NCBI GenBank assembly: GCA_964106915.2
Contig: OZ066920.1
Strand: one strand, 5' to 3'
DNA: 64,000 bases
Origin: Podarcis gaigeae
Lineage: Eukaryota
Part shown: piece after piece, positions 25,571-38,431 of the stretch
How the letters are laid out: the number at the start of each line of letters is the position of its first letter
How positions within the stretch are numbered: position 1 is the stretch's first letter
Translations under genes and position numbers: made by a program
The notes under the pieces: model-generated
Databases searched by the model: none
What the model was told of the DNA's origin: nothing
Seen by the model: the letters and a program-made list of their open reading frames with translations, nothing else

Positions 25571-26502
25571 CTGCAAGAGAAACACAAAGAGAGGTTTAAG
25601 GCTTCTATTCCTAAAATGAAGCTCAGCTATAAAATATACACACACATGCACACACAAGCAGAGAACATCATTATATGTTCCGAAATACTTCTAAAGAAGC
25701 GTGATTGGTTAACATGATAAGAAAATAATCTAAATAATTTTGCAGAAGATAAGACAGTCAGAAACTATCCATGAATAAATGAAGCATGAAATAAGCTTGA
25801 AGGGGCATCATTTAATCCAGAGAACACCAGAACATCAGGAATATTTTTTTGGGGGGTGGGGGGGAGAGAAGAGCAGAATTAATTGGTACTGAGAGAATAC
25901 CAGCATCTAAAATGCTAATATAATTTCCTAATTTATAATCTTTTCTGAAACAGGTCAGTGTTCGGGCTTTGATTTAATGTCTTCTGTTTCCTTTGATCTT
26001 TGGAGCTTTGCAATCTTTTTCGCCCACTGAGATTATAAATTCCATTTCCCACAACAATAATGATTTCTTTGAAGGCGCAACCGAAGACACTATATCAGAA
26101 TAGATTGAGCCATGTATTACTTTCCACCCACATTGTTGTATTATTAGAACAATGGACATTTTGTAAATAAAGGAGTACATAAAATGCCACTATGAGCAGC
26201 ATGTCTGAATGGCTCTTTGTGATCACAGCTGAAAGACACACTGTGGTTGATGCATGCTGCAAAACTCCATATATCCTGTCAGTTTCCTCCATTAATCCTT
26301 CAGTAATAATATTCCACACCATTAAAGAGATTTGCACCCGAACCGTTGTTTATGTCTTTTTTCCTTAAACAAAATGGATAAACATGTTTTAAGATCAGGA
26401 TACAAGGGTGTAATCGACATCTTATTCAAGCAACGTCAAAATTAGAATTGATTCAGGTAAATCTGGACTCCAAGGATCCTGCAAATAAAAAACTATATGC
26501 TT

Positions 26503-26585
26503 GCAATCCAAACCCCACTTGCCTGAGAGTAAGCCCAATTAAATTCAATAGGACTCATTTCTGAGTAGACATAGCTAGGGGTTGA
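26503..26585. repeat. Short palindromic interspersed repeat (MITE-like); related copies near 1143-1242, 18293-18355 and 60425-60470
   Basis: Shared core gtaag(t/c)cc.attgaa(t/c)tcaatgggacttact with caatcct...aggattg-type ends. Confidence 0.5.
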
Positions 26586-29095
26586 GACAATGTGTCCTAC
26601 TACAATAGGAGGATTCCAGCTTTACTGATTATTGATCTGTGAAAGCTAAAGGATTAAAATATACTACTGGTGTCAGTTAAACAAGTTCATAAATCTATTT
26701 ATGTATGTCTATGTGTAAAATTATCATATATAACAGTATATAGCATGTATTATATTTCTCTGCAGACTAAATATGCAGAAACAAGCCTCTTCCTGTGAGT
26801 TATTCATTGTGAACACTTACTTCCTCAGTTGCTTCTATAATTTGCAGAGCCAGAGGCTACAATAATCAAACCTTGAATCCTAAATTTAAACACCTAAATA
26901 CAGGCAGTTCTTTAAATATATTTTGAGCATCTTCAGCACACATTGAATTAAAAAAACCCCACACACAACCTGTGGTTTTCTGAAGTTTAGAAAATGGCAC
27001 CTGTTTATTTAAGTTTCTAAATGTGGATTTAGACATTCCTAAAATGGTTAAGTTCCTGTCCCCAAGTCTCAAAAAGCTCAAATTTCAGCTATATTTCTTT
27101 ACGAGGTGGCAAAAGCTGGAATGTGAAAGCTGTGTACGATAAGGATTGCAAAACAGAGTGTCATGTGTTGCAGAATACTGCATTCATTCTGCACATAGTA
27201 TCTTCATAGCACCAGCAAAATTTAGAAGCAGGAAAGAAGCAAAAATGAAGTAAGAGCAGTTTGTTAAAATTACTGATATGTAAATTTTGTATTGTTGCTT
27301 TTTCTTAAATAAGCTGAGCCTGCCCCTTTCACCAAGGGCTCACTGCTTCCTGTCCCTTGTGTTAACCCAATGGGAAATTTTCATTTTTAAAAATATGTTT
27401 TTTAATTTTTTAATTTATATTTTAAAATGTATCAATTACTCACATTATAACACATCCAAATAATTCAGTTAAAAATATACTGTCTCATTTGCAGTCACTC
27501 TTAGCTCCTGCCACTCTTATGGAAAGGGCTTGATGATGCCCTCCTGTGCACTTCTGAAATGCCCATTCACTTCAATGGGACTTCCACATGAGAACGTCCC
27601 AGTGAATGGTCATAAGAAGTTTTCCCTAAGGTGCTGCTTAAGTGTAACTGTGATGTCACAGAATCATGTATTTATAGGATGTACTTGTTTTAAACGCTTG
27701 CAGGCTGCTTTTGGGGCGAAGACCCCCGATGCAACATGTCAAAATTAAAACATGCTCAAAATGGCAAAGTAACAAACACTAGCAGCTTCACAGTTTTTCC
27801 ACAATATTACCTTAAGATGGTGATAGATCTGGATTTGCCTGACAGTTTTACAGAACTCTGATAATGGTGGCAGTGAGGTGAGTAGGGAGTACTTTTTTAA
27901 ATGAATCCAGCAACCCTCACCTTTTGACCCATATCCTCACCATCACCACCATCACAGTCTCTTTTGCTAAAGGATCCATTAAGCACATCTGTGCAAAACG
28001 ATGCAGCTAAAGATGCCCCAACATATACACCCATGTGGTCCCATTTCAGTCTCTTCCTTTGAACCTCTGCTCAGAACTAACTTCTTCCATAAAGCCTTTG
28101 GTTTAAACCTCTGGCTTCCCTCTCCAGCTGAGATGAGAGTGGAGTCAAAGTCTGTTCAGATCTGGCTTCTTCCCCAAATGTTTGCTGCACATGTAGAGAA
28201 GGTCTGGAACAGAGCTCGTTTGTAGCTGCATCTGCTCTCATTCATCCTTCGCTAAACTTGCCTCCCCCTTTTCTCTGACTACATTTAGGTCGAGAGCTTC
28301 TTGTGGCAGGGCCATGGGTTGTGCTTTTCTTTACTCTGTAAAGTGCTGTGCACACGGGTGGCATAATAATAATTCTACTGAGTTTTTAAAAGCCTAACTG
28401 ACAAGCATCTGTAGCAACCCAAACAGGACTGTGGATCCACCCGACCTTATGTCCAGCATAGGGCTACCTAAACGTCCCATCAGCAGATGGGTTTCCTCTT
28501 GCAAAACAGGACTCCCCTTGCCTCTTGCCTCCCCCCTGCCCCACTCGCTGTGCACCACCTAACTCTGTCTGGAGGTTCCTCAACCCTCTGGAGCAGATTT
28601 GGGGAGAGTTTGTGGAGCATGTGGAGAGGAAGAATGGGGGAGGGAAGGGGGCAGACCCCATTTCACAAGCAGAAATCCTTGCACGGATGGGATGCATGTG
28701 TTGGATTATCACCCTATATATTTGTTTTATTATAATATTTTTATACCACCCTTTAATCATATTCCCAGGAGTCCTAATCAAGAGCAACCACTGCACATGC
28801 ATTCTCCTCTCACCCCAATTTACCATAGAACATCCTGGGGGGGAGGCAGTTGGCGAGAGTGTAGCATGGAAAGAAATGAAAGCCCTACATGCACCTTGTA
28901 AAAAGCATAATAGCTGCAAAATGAAGGAACCCCGGGATGTCACCCTCCACAACACACACACACACATGCATACACACCTCATTTACCTCTTTACACCTAG
29001 CAGATGGAAGTCTATGGTAGATAAATATGGCAGATAAATATGGATTTATGGATTGCAAGCAGAAATGTTTTAAGAATCACTTTAGTGTATCTTAC

Positions 29096-31531
29096 CCCAT
29101 CAGTGGGACTCTGCAAAACACTGCCTGCCTGCTCAAAGGCAAGCATGCTTTCTGCTGTAGTGGAATGACTGAAAGGTTTAACAAAAAAGAATTCGCCCTG
29201 TTCAGACATTGGAGAGAGACAAGACTTGTAGTGCTGAGCTCCAGCTCCGCCCACTTCAAGGTATCTGATAAAGCCTTCGGGATGTGGGCGCCCAGTGAAA
29301 TTTATGGTGGATTTCCTGTCTGTCCTCTTACTACAGCAGTGTGACATGAACCAGCTGGGGACACAGAGGCCAGATCTGAAGCACCTGGCCCCCACAATAA
29401 CCAACATTACGCAAGAGACCAGAGAGATGGCCACAAGAGAGATGATAAGGTAGAGAGTTAGGCTGGGGGCTCTGGAAGGTGATTTGGGGAGAAGGTCCAA
29501 GGACTTGGAAAAGTCCTGCACAGCATTATCCTCTGAGGAAATCACAAGAACCAGTGAGGCTGAGAGAGACGGCACTCCATTGTCTCTTACTTCTATCACC
29601 AACCTGTGGGACACCCCAGGCTCCCTCAATGCCCGAACAGCCCGGATCTCTCCTGAGTGGCGTTCCACTTTGAACGGGGTGGCTTCATTGGCATCCTGAA
29701 GCAAACCATAGGACAGCCAAGCATTGTGGCCACTGTCAGCATCCACAGCCACCACTTTGGTCACCAGGAATCCAGGTTCCACCGGGAGCAGAACTGGCTG
29801 GTGAAAGGCAGAGCCCTTGGAGACTTGCGGGTGCACAATCACCGGGGCGTTGTCGTTCTGGTCCACAACAAACAAGTGAAGAGTGGCTGTGCTGCTCAGG
29901 GGTGGGAAACCCGAATCCTTCACCTCCACTGCAACTTGAAAGACTTTCTCTTGCTCATAGTCAAGCATCCTGGATGTGTAAATGCTGCCATTCTCTTGGT
30001 TGATGTGGAAATAGGTCGAAATGGGTAAGCCATGATTTCCATTGTCCAGAATGGAATAAGACAGCTTGGAGTTGACACCTGCATCTGGATCTGAGGCTGA
30101 CAGAGAAAAAACTAGAGTCCCAGGGGAAGTATTTTCCTCCACATGGGCAGTGTATGAAGGGATGGAGAAAGTGGGCGCATTGTCATTGACATCTGAGACT
30201 TGAATAAATATGTTTTTGTGGGTGGATTTTTGAGGCATCCCAGAATCTGTTGCTTTAATTGTGATATTATATCCAGCAGCCTTCTCTCGGTCCAGGGGCC
30301 CATTGGTCACCAGTGAATAATGTCCCTTAAATGAAGACACCAGTTTGAACGGGATGTGCCTGGTAATCTCCAAGTGGACTTGCCCATTTTCCTCAGAGTC
30401 GTTGTCCTTTGCTTGGATCAGGGCAATGACTGTTCCTGTGGGTGCATCTTCTTGCACTGGGCTAGAGAGGGAGGTCAGCATAATCTCTGGGCGGTTGTCA
30501 TTGACATCAACAAGTTCCACTCTGATGTTGCAGTGACCCTCCATGGCAGGGGACCCCTTGTCTTTTATGTAGATAGCTATCTCGTAAGCATTGGCTTCTT
30601 CGTAGTCCAGCAGAGCTTTGGTCCTGATCTCCCCTGTCTGGGGATCCAAGCTAAATAAGTCAAGGAGCTTCAGAGGTGCGCTATTGCTGGCTTTGAGGAA
30701 ATACTCCATCTCTCCATTGGGACCTTCATCTAAGTCCGTAACATTGAGCTTAGTTACGACAGTCCCCACCTGGACATTTTCCTCCAAATAAACTTTGGAC
30801 ACTGGCGGGTCACACACAGGGGGGTTGTCATTTGCATCCAGGACGTGGACGGTCACCTGGGCAGTCCCAGACTGAACAGGATTCCCACTATCCAGAGCTG
30901 TCAGGACTAAGTGATGGACAGCGGCTTTTTCCCTGTCTAGAAGCTTCTCCAGCACAATTTCGGGCATTTTGACCCCGTCCCCCCTGACGTTAATGCTCAA
31001 GGCAAAATGTTCGCTTGGGCTAAGCTCATAGGTGGCAATGGAGTTGGAGCCCGTGTCCGGGTCTTCGGCGGCTTCCAGGCGCAAGCGGGTGCCCGGGTTG
31101 GCCACCTCGGTGATTTCCAAGGAAACCCTGTCCTTCGGGAACTTGGGGGCGTTGTCGTTCACGTCCAGGATCTCCACCTCCACCCGGTGGAGCTGCAGGG
31201 GGTTCTCCAGCACCAGCTGGAGAGGGAAGGAGCACGTGGGGCTGGAGCTGCACAGAGCTTCGCGGTCCAGCCTCTCGTGGACCAGCAACATGCCGTCGGC
31301 GAGGTTGACATGGAAGTAGTGGCGCATCCCGTCGCTGACCAGCTGCAGGCGGCGAGCGGACAAGCTCCGCACGTCCACGCCTAGGTCCTTCGCCACGTTC
31401 CCCACGGAAGAGCCTGGGTCCCGGTCCTCCGGGATGGAGTAGCGAATCTGCGCGGGGATGAGCCCTGGCAGGGACAAGACGGCAGCCACCAGCGCCAGCA
31501 GCTGCCACGACCAGCTCTGCCCGCCGCCCAT
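29096..31531 (-). CDS. Additional C-type protocadherin gamma variable exon #2 (C5-related, 812 codons), last variable exon of the cluster
   Basis: Intact signal peptide, QIRYSIPED, six EC repeats, TM (LTLYLIISLVAIS) and cytoplasmic YKSCLSPMSEQGEFFFVKP. ATG at 31531. Phase-0 donor GGG|gtaaga at 29096. Confidence 0.92.
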
Positions 31532-31910
31532 GCCTGGCTCCTTTGCGCGCAAGGATGGCCGTCTCCAGCGGCTGCCTCTGCTCCAGGTATCCAGCCCGGG
31601 GGTGGCCGCCGCTGCCTCCGGACCCCGCCGCAGTCCGGTGCCCCCCGCCCCGCCCCCCAGGTCTGCTCCTGGCGGCTCCGGGGTGACCTGAGAGGTGCTG
31701 TGCAGCGGAAAGGCGCGGGCTGCAGCTGGAGAGGCGGGAGGGGGGAGCGGGGGGATTTTAAAGCGCTCGGATCAGCAGCAGCTCATTGGCAAAAGGAGCA
31801 GCAGAGAAAAGGGGCTGTGAAATGGATACAGACAAGCGGCAATTCCCTCCTCGGCGGCGGCGGCGGCGGCAGCAGCAGCAGCAGCAGCAGAGAAGCCCCT
31901 TCTCCGAAAC
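31040..31910. promoter_or_regulatory. CpG island over the promoter/EC1 of the last extra C-type exon
   Basis: GC/CpG-dense block with a GC box (ccccgccccgcccc ~31643), a CCAAT box (31785-31789, minus) and a TTTAAA ~25 bp further downstream. Confidence 0.75.
31852..31890. repeat. Compound (CGG)6(CAG)7 trinucleotide repeat
   Basis: Directly visible. Confidence 0.95.
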
Positions 31911-32407
31911 GCACACACACCCTGCTGCTCCCCCCTCCCCAATCTCTCTTGCCACCAGTTTTCCCTCCCTGCGCTTCCCATTCCTTTCCCAGCGCAGCAG
32001 AGAGATTTGGAGGGCTGACCCAAGGGAGCCATTGGCCAGAAGAGCTCCCTTGATGCCCCTTTGGTGGAAAAGCAGGAATCGAAGGTGCAGAACGCAGACA
32101 GGGCGAGCTGCTGACGGCAGCTGTAACTCCAGGAGGGGGGAGGGGGCTACTCTACCCTCCTGCAACCTCTTCACTTCAATCCCCTCCCCCTCCCCCTCCC
32201 CCCCCCCTCATAAAGAAAGAGAGAAAAATTAGGCACACAAAGCTTTGGAGCAGATAGGTGCAATGTATCACAGCCTATGCTTGAGACCACGCATTGATTC
32301 CTCACCCCCACCCCAGGCACTTCTCCTAGGTGCAGGGAAACTCAAAAGAAAAGAAAGGTGGTGCCATGGCTGGAACAAAATAGGGACACTACATGGAAAA
32401 TTCTCAC

Positions 32408-34846
32408 CTTGCCAAAGAAGCTGGGTTCAGTGAGATTGCTGCAAGAGGCTGTCCTAAGTGTCAGATTAGGTTTCATGAATACAAATTCACTAATGTCTGA
32501 GACAGGAGAAAAGCAGGATCTGTATCCGCGGGCAGGGGGTCCAGAAGTGGCCACTTGCACTCCTATCATGGCATCTCCAGGGCTCAGCTGATAATGGCAA
32601 TGTCCCATCACATGATCTGAAGCATCTTGAAGCCCACCAGCTTTGCTTCCACAGCATCCAAAGATGGTAGATGTTGCACGTGAATCACGGCGGAGGCATC
32701 GGACTCCCAAGGCCACCAAAGCCATCAGCGAGATGGTGGAAATTGCTGCCAAGGAGATGATAAGGTACACAGTCAATGTGGGAGGTCCCTCAGTTTCCAC
32801 TGAGTGAGCTGTTAACCCCAGAAAGGTTTCAGGGCTGCTCTCCTCCAAGAGCACCATCACAGTGACTGAGGTGGACAAGGAAGGATCACCTGAGTCTTTG
32901 ACAACCAGGACAAGGTCCTGGGTAGGATTGTCTATGTCCTGGAATGCTCGTGTAGTCCTCACCTCCCCGCTACGGAGGGCCATGCTGAAAATACCAGGGT
33001 CTGTGGCTTGCTCTACATGGTAAGAGAGCCAAGCATTTCGCCCAGAGTCCAAGTCCACTGCCATAATTTTTGTGATTAAGGCATTGGCTGCAGTAGATCG
33101 TGGAATTCTGAACTGTACAACAGAATCTTTCCCAGTAAAGGGGAATCGAATCCAGGGTGCATTGTCATTCTGATCTAGGAGGTAGATGTGCACCATGATT
33201 CTGCTGCAGAGAGGAGGGGAGCCACCATCACATGCCTCCACCAGGAACTGAAAATGATTCGTATGCTCGTAATCAAAGGGGCTCTCTGCAAAGACATCTC
33301 CATTTGTTGGGCTGATGGAGACATAAGAGGTGAGGTCCTCAATCAATCCTTGCCCTGGGCTCGCCAAAACAGAATAAGACAAACGGGAGTTCTGGTCCTT
33401 ATCAGAATCTGTTGCAGAAACTCTAAGCAGTACCACTCCCACTGGATTGTTCTCTTCTATGACGGCTTCATAAAATGGCCTGTCAAAATGAGGTGGGTTG
33501 TCATTGACATCTGCCAGAGTTATGGAGAAAGAGGTGTGCTCAGAAAGAGGTGGATTCCCCAAGTCAAAGGCATAGATGGTGACGTTGTATTGCGGAGTGC
33601 TCTCACGATCTAGCTGCTCACTGGTGAGCAAGGAATACTGGTGCTCAAAGTCTTTCCGAAGTTTGAAAGGAAGGTTTCTGGGCAGATCACACCGGACTTT
33701 CCCTTGATCCCCAGAGTCTCTATCCTTGACATGTATCACAGCAACCACAGTGCCAGGAGGCGCATCTTCACCCATAGAGCTGGAGAAAGAGGTGAGAATA
33801 ACTTCAGGTGCATTGTCGTTGACATCCGTGACTTCTACCATAACACTGCAGTGTTCCTCCATGGTAGGGGAGCCCATGTCCTTAGCCTCCACTTCGATCT
33901 CATAGACATTAGCCTCTTCAAAATCCAGGTTCCCTTGGACACGGATCTCTCCCGTAGTCTCATTGATAGCAAATATCCTGCGCAAGGCTTCTGAGTTATG
34001 GCTGCTGAGGGAATACTGCACCTCTCCGTTAGGCCCTTCGTCCAAGTCTGTTGCGTTCAGCTTAATCACCAGAGTTCCTGGAGGAGAGTTTTCTACTAAG
34101 CGGGTATAATAAGTAGGTTTGTCAAAAACCGGATGATTATCATTGGCATCCAGAATGTGGACAGCAATTCGAATAGCGCTAGATTTGGGTGATATGCCCC
34201 CATCTTCAGCTGTCAGGACCAAGTGGTGGACAGCGATGTGCTCCCTGTCCAGGGGTTTCTCCAGTACTAGCTCTGGGAATTTGGTGCCATCTGTACGTGC
34301 CTTCACGTTGAGGTTGAAGTTCTCATTGGCGCTGAGGTGGTAGGTCTGTAAAGTGTTAGTTCCTACATCTGAATCCTGTGCGTGTGGGATGGGGAAACGG
34401 GCACCCAGTGCAGCCAGTTCATAGATCTGCAGAGATATTGTGCTACTTGAGAACACAGGCGCATTGTCGTTGATATCCAGAATCTCCACTTCGATGCGAT
34501 AGAACTCCACTGGGTTTTCAATAGCAAGTTTGAGATGCAAGAAACAGCGCAGGTTCTGCCCACAGAGCTGCTCCCTGTCTATTCTGTCATTGACTATTAT
34601 GATTCCAGTGTTCACATTCACAGAGAAATACTGGGAGTCAGAATCAGAAAGCACCTGCAGATTGGCAGCTGCAAGCTTTGTCACATCCATTCCTAAGTCC
34701 TTAGCAACATTTCCTACAAAGGCTCCTCGAGTGAGTTCCTCTGGGACAGAGTAACGGATCTGTGCAAAACAGTCACTCAGAAACAGACAGAAGGCAAAGG
34801 CATGCACGAGTCCCAAACGCCAGGCAGAGTTTTCTGTTCTGAGCAT
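32408..34846 (-). CDS. Additional C-type protocadherin gamma variable exon #1 (C5-related, 813 codons)
   Basis: Intact signal peptide, QIRYSVPEE, six EC repeats, TM (TLTVYLIISLAAIS) and cytoplasmic YRSCFSPVSDISEFVFMKP. ATG at 34846. Phase-0 donor AAG|gtgaga at 32408. Confidence 0.92.
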
Positions 34847-35980
34847 CTTTCTGAAATCCACAGCAGGAAGCTCTAAAACTGCAAAACAGGAGCTAAATAT
34901 AGCAGGCAGTATCTCTTTAAACCTCTGGAGGATTCACCACCTATCTCGAAGAAATATGAAATATATGAGAGGAAAAGGGTCTGTGGTCAGTGTTTACCTC
35001 TCTCATTCATTGTTTTGGTTTGAGAGAGATTGACACAGGAGGGGAGTGGTACACACCGCAGATCTTCAATGCTAACCTCCTGCTCATTGGCTGAGACTGC
35101 CTTTCTATTTATCCAATCAGCAGCCTCCTTCCCAGGACAGCAACACACGCACCAATCCAAGTCTGGAAGTTGCTACTGTGTGAAAAAGGACCGCGTAACC
35201 TGCTGTTTTTAACCTAGAGACACCAGGCTAAACGGCAGACAATGGAAAACAAAGCCCAAAATCTTGTCTGGTTTTGGCTTCTGTGCTAGCTATAGGACTC
35301 TTAGAAGCATACGCTGCAAAGAAATGTTTGCTCTAAAAGCACACTGACTCCTCACGTATTACATCCACAACAGAACAGCTGATTTGTCATTTTTATGAGC
35401 AAAGATAATTCAATGAATTCTAGGAAACAATAGTTCCTCTTACCCCATCCTAAGCTTCCAGATCAATCTCTTTTAGGTATTTCTAGGCTACCAAATTAAT
35501 ATCTAGCTTTATTTACCGGTATTTCAGAAGCCTTAGACTCCACCCTTCCAATGTAAAAACTCAAGGGAGTGATTGGTTTTTCTTAGAGAAAGAAATCTAA
35601 TTGTACGGGGGGGGGGGGGAGAGAGACTTAGCAGTTGCAAAAATACAAAAAGCTAACTTTGTGACAGGCAGCATTTGAGGGATGATTTTAAATTATCATT
35701 TTCTTATTGTTCACATCCCAGTTCCAGTCCCTGCTCCCCTACCCACTTTCTCTCATTAAAAGGCAGCAATTTGTGGGAAGAAATCAATGTAATTTTCCCC
35801 ACTCTCCTGCTCTCTCTTTCCCAAAGCGTTATGACTATGTGCTGCAGGGTTAGGTTACGAAGAAGGAGGCCCCACCCTATTCTGATAACTGATGAATCAG
35901 CCCTCAGTCAAGTTTCAAAGTGTTACTGGAGACACCAGATTCATGTGGGAAAGGAGAAAAAGGACAAAATGCCACCTCAC

Positions 35981-38431
35981 CTGCCTGGGATGGTTCAGTG
36001 TATCAGTACGAGATAAGAAAGTGTCAAAGTCTCTCGTCAGAGTACTTGGTTGAGGGTAATCCACAGGTCTCATAAAGGTGAAATCACTTCTGTCCGAGCC
36101 GGGAGAATAGCTGGCTCTATAGCACTGGCTCTGGGAGTCTGTGGGCCTGAGTGTGACCTCCATGTATTTCAATGTGCCATCTGAGTTCAGTTGAAGCTTA
36201 GGGCTGGATTGTTTGAAAACATCCCTGGCAGGAACACTACTCAGGCTGCAGCAAGAAGAACCCCTGGCTTTTTTATTCCGAAAGCATTTTGCAGACAGGA
36301 TTATGAACGTAACGAGGGACACAATGCTAACTGCCACCAGCGCAATAATCAGATAGAGGGTTAGGTCAGATTTTTCTTTGGGGTGAGTCAGGAAATCACG
36401 AGACTGGGGCCTTTCCTCAGTTACTTTATCCTCCAGTGAGACCACGATGGTGACGGTGGTAGACAAAGGTGGTTCTCCATTGTCCTTCACTAGTACAAGG
36501 ATTTTCTGTGCCGGGAGATCTGTTTCCTGGAACTCCCGAACAGTCCAAATTTCCCCAGTGTAGGGAGCCACTCGGAACAAGGAGGGGTCAGTAGACTGGG
36601 AAAGCAAGGAGTAAGAAAGCCAGGCATTGTGGCCCGAGTCTGCATCCACGGCAGTGACTTTGGTGACCACGTAGCCTGCCGATGCAGACTGAGGGATCCT
36701 CTGGATTGCAGACAGTTCCCGACCAGTCACTGGGTGCAAAACAACAGGCGTGTTATCATTCTGATCCATTATGAAGAGGTAGACAGTGACACTGGAGCTC
36801 AGTTGGGGTGACCCAGCATCATGCACCATGATGGGGATTTGCAGCACCTGCAGCATTTCGTAGTCAAAAGAGTGCTGGGCATAGACATTCCCATTGTCTG
36901 GGTTGACGTAAATGAAAGAAGAGACTGGAGCATCTTGAATTGGGCTTCCTGCCACTGAGTACGTGAGCCGGGAATTGTCCCCCTCGTCAGGATCAGAGGC
37001 CGCCACAGTGCATAGCAGAGAGCCAGGTGGATTGTTCTCCTTCAAGAAGGAGTTGTAGAAGGGCTGAGAGAAGTACGGGGCATTGTCATTAACATCTGAA
37101 ATGTTCAGCAAGATGGTGACATCTGTGGTTAGAGGTGGGGACCCTGAATCTTGGGCCGTCAACTTGATAGTGTATCGAGAAACTGTTTCTCTATCCAGCT
37201 TCTCAGAGGTAATCAAAGAATAGTGGTTTTCAAAAGATTTAATTTTAAAGGGCAAGTTTGGTGATATTTGTAAGCTCACCTTTCCATTGGCACCTGAATC
37301 TTGGTCTCGCACATTGAAAAGCCCTACCACTGTCTCTAAAGGGGTGTTTTCTGGCACGGGGTTTACCAGAGAGGTAAGGAGAACCTCTGGGGGGTGGTCA
37401 TTCTCATCTTCAACTTCCATTTGGATTACACAATGGCCTTCCATTTGAGGAATGCCCTTGTCCCTGGCCCTTACATGAAGCTCATAAAAATGAGATTCTT
37501 CGAAATCCACAACTCCTTGGACACGGATCTCACCTGTGTGGGGATCCAAGCCAAACAACTTCTGGATGGAATCAGGTGTGTGGATTCCAAAGGAATACTG
37601 TATTTCCCCATTAGAACCTGCATCAGGGTCAGTTGCATTAAGTCTGAAAAGCAAAGAGCCTACAGGGATGTTCTCCGAAAATCTTATCTTGTACAAAGGA
37701 AGGTCAAATGCAGGCTCATTATCATTATTATCCAGGACCACAATGGTGATCAGAGCTGTTCCTGACAGTACAGGATCCCCCCCATCACAGGCAGTCAGGA
37801 TGAGCTGGTGTTCCGATTGTTGCTCTCGGTCCAAAGGTTGCTCTAGCACCAGCTCAGGTAAAAGCTTGCCATCGTTCACATTCTTTACATTAAGTGAGAA
37901 GTGGGGGTTGGGGCTGAGTCGGTAGACACTGACTGCATTGGTCCCCACGTCCGCATCGTGAGCGCTCTCCAGTGGAAAGCGAGAGCCTGTGGCGGCAGAC
38001 TCTGCTATCCTCAGCACAAGCTTGGGGGTGAGGAAACCGGGGGAATTGTCATTTAAGTCCAGGATCTCTACCTCCAGGTGAAAGAGCTCCAAGGGATTTT
38101 CTATGACAACTTGGACTGGCAAAATGCACCCGGAGCTTGCTCCACACAGGGTCTCTCGGTCTATCTTTTCATTCACTATCAGAGCACCGTTGGCCAAGTT
38201 AACTGCAAAGTACCTCTTGCTCTCCTCAGAGCCCAGCCTCAGCCTGCGACGGGAAAGGTCTGCCACCGTTAAGCCCAAGTCCTGAGCCACCTTTCCCACC
38301 ACGGTGCCCAGCTCCGATTCCTCCACCACGGAATAGTGGATCTGTCCTGTAACCAACGCCCGGCTGAACAGCAAAAACAAACCCAGTACTTGCCATTTGA
38401 AAGAGGGTTGCCGGGACAAATGTGGCTCCAT
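35981..38431 (-). CDS. PCDHGC5: Protocadherin gamma-C5 variable exon (817 codons)
   Basis: C5-diagnostic N-terminus KWQVL...GQIHYSVVEESE..LGSEE..LCGAS..C.LPVQVV and cytoplasmic KQSSP.LQ..SDGTLKYMEVTLRPTDSQS.CYR. Phase-0 donor CAG|gtgagg at 35981. Confidence 0.95.

Noticed and set aside
28464-29037. Overlapping 170/172-aa ORFs on both strands
   Set aside because: Intronic, include CA-repeat translation, and show no splice or homology support.
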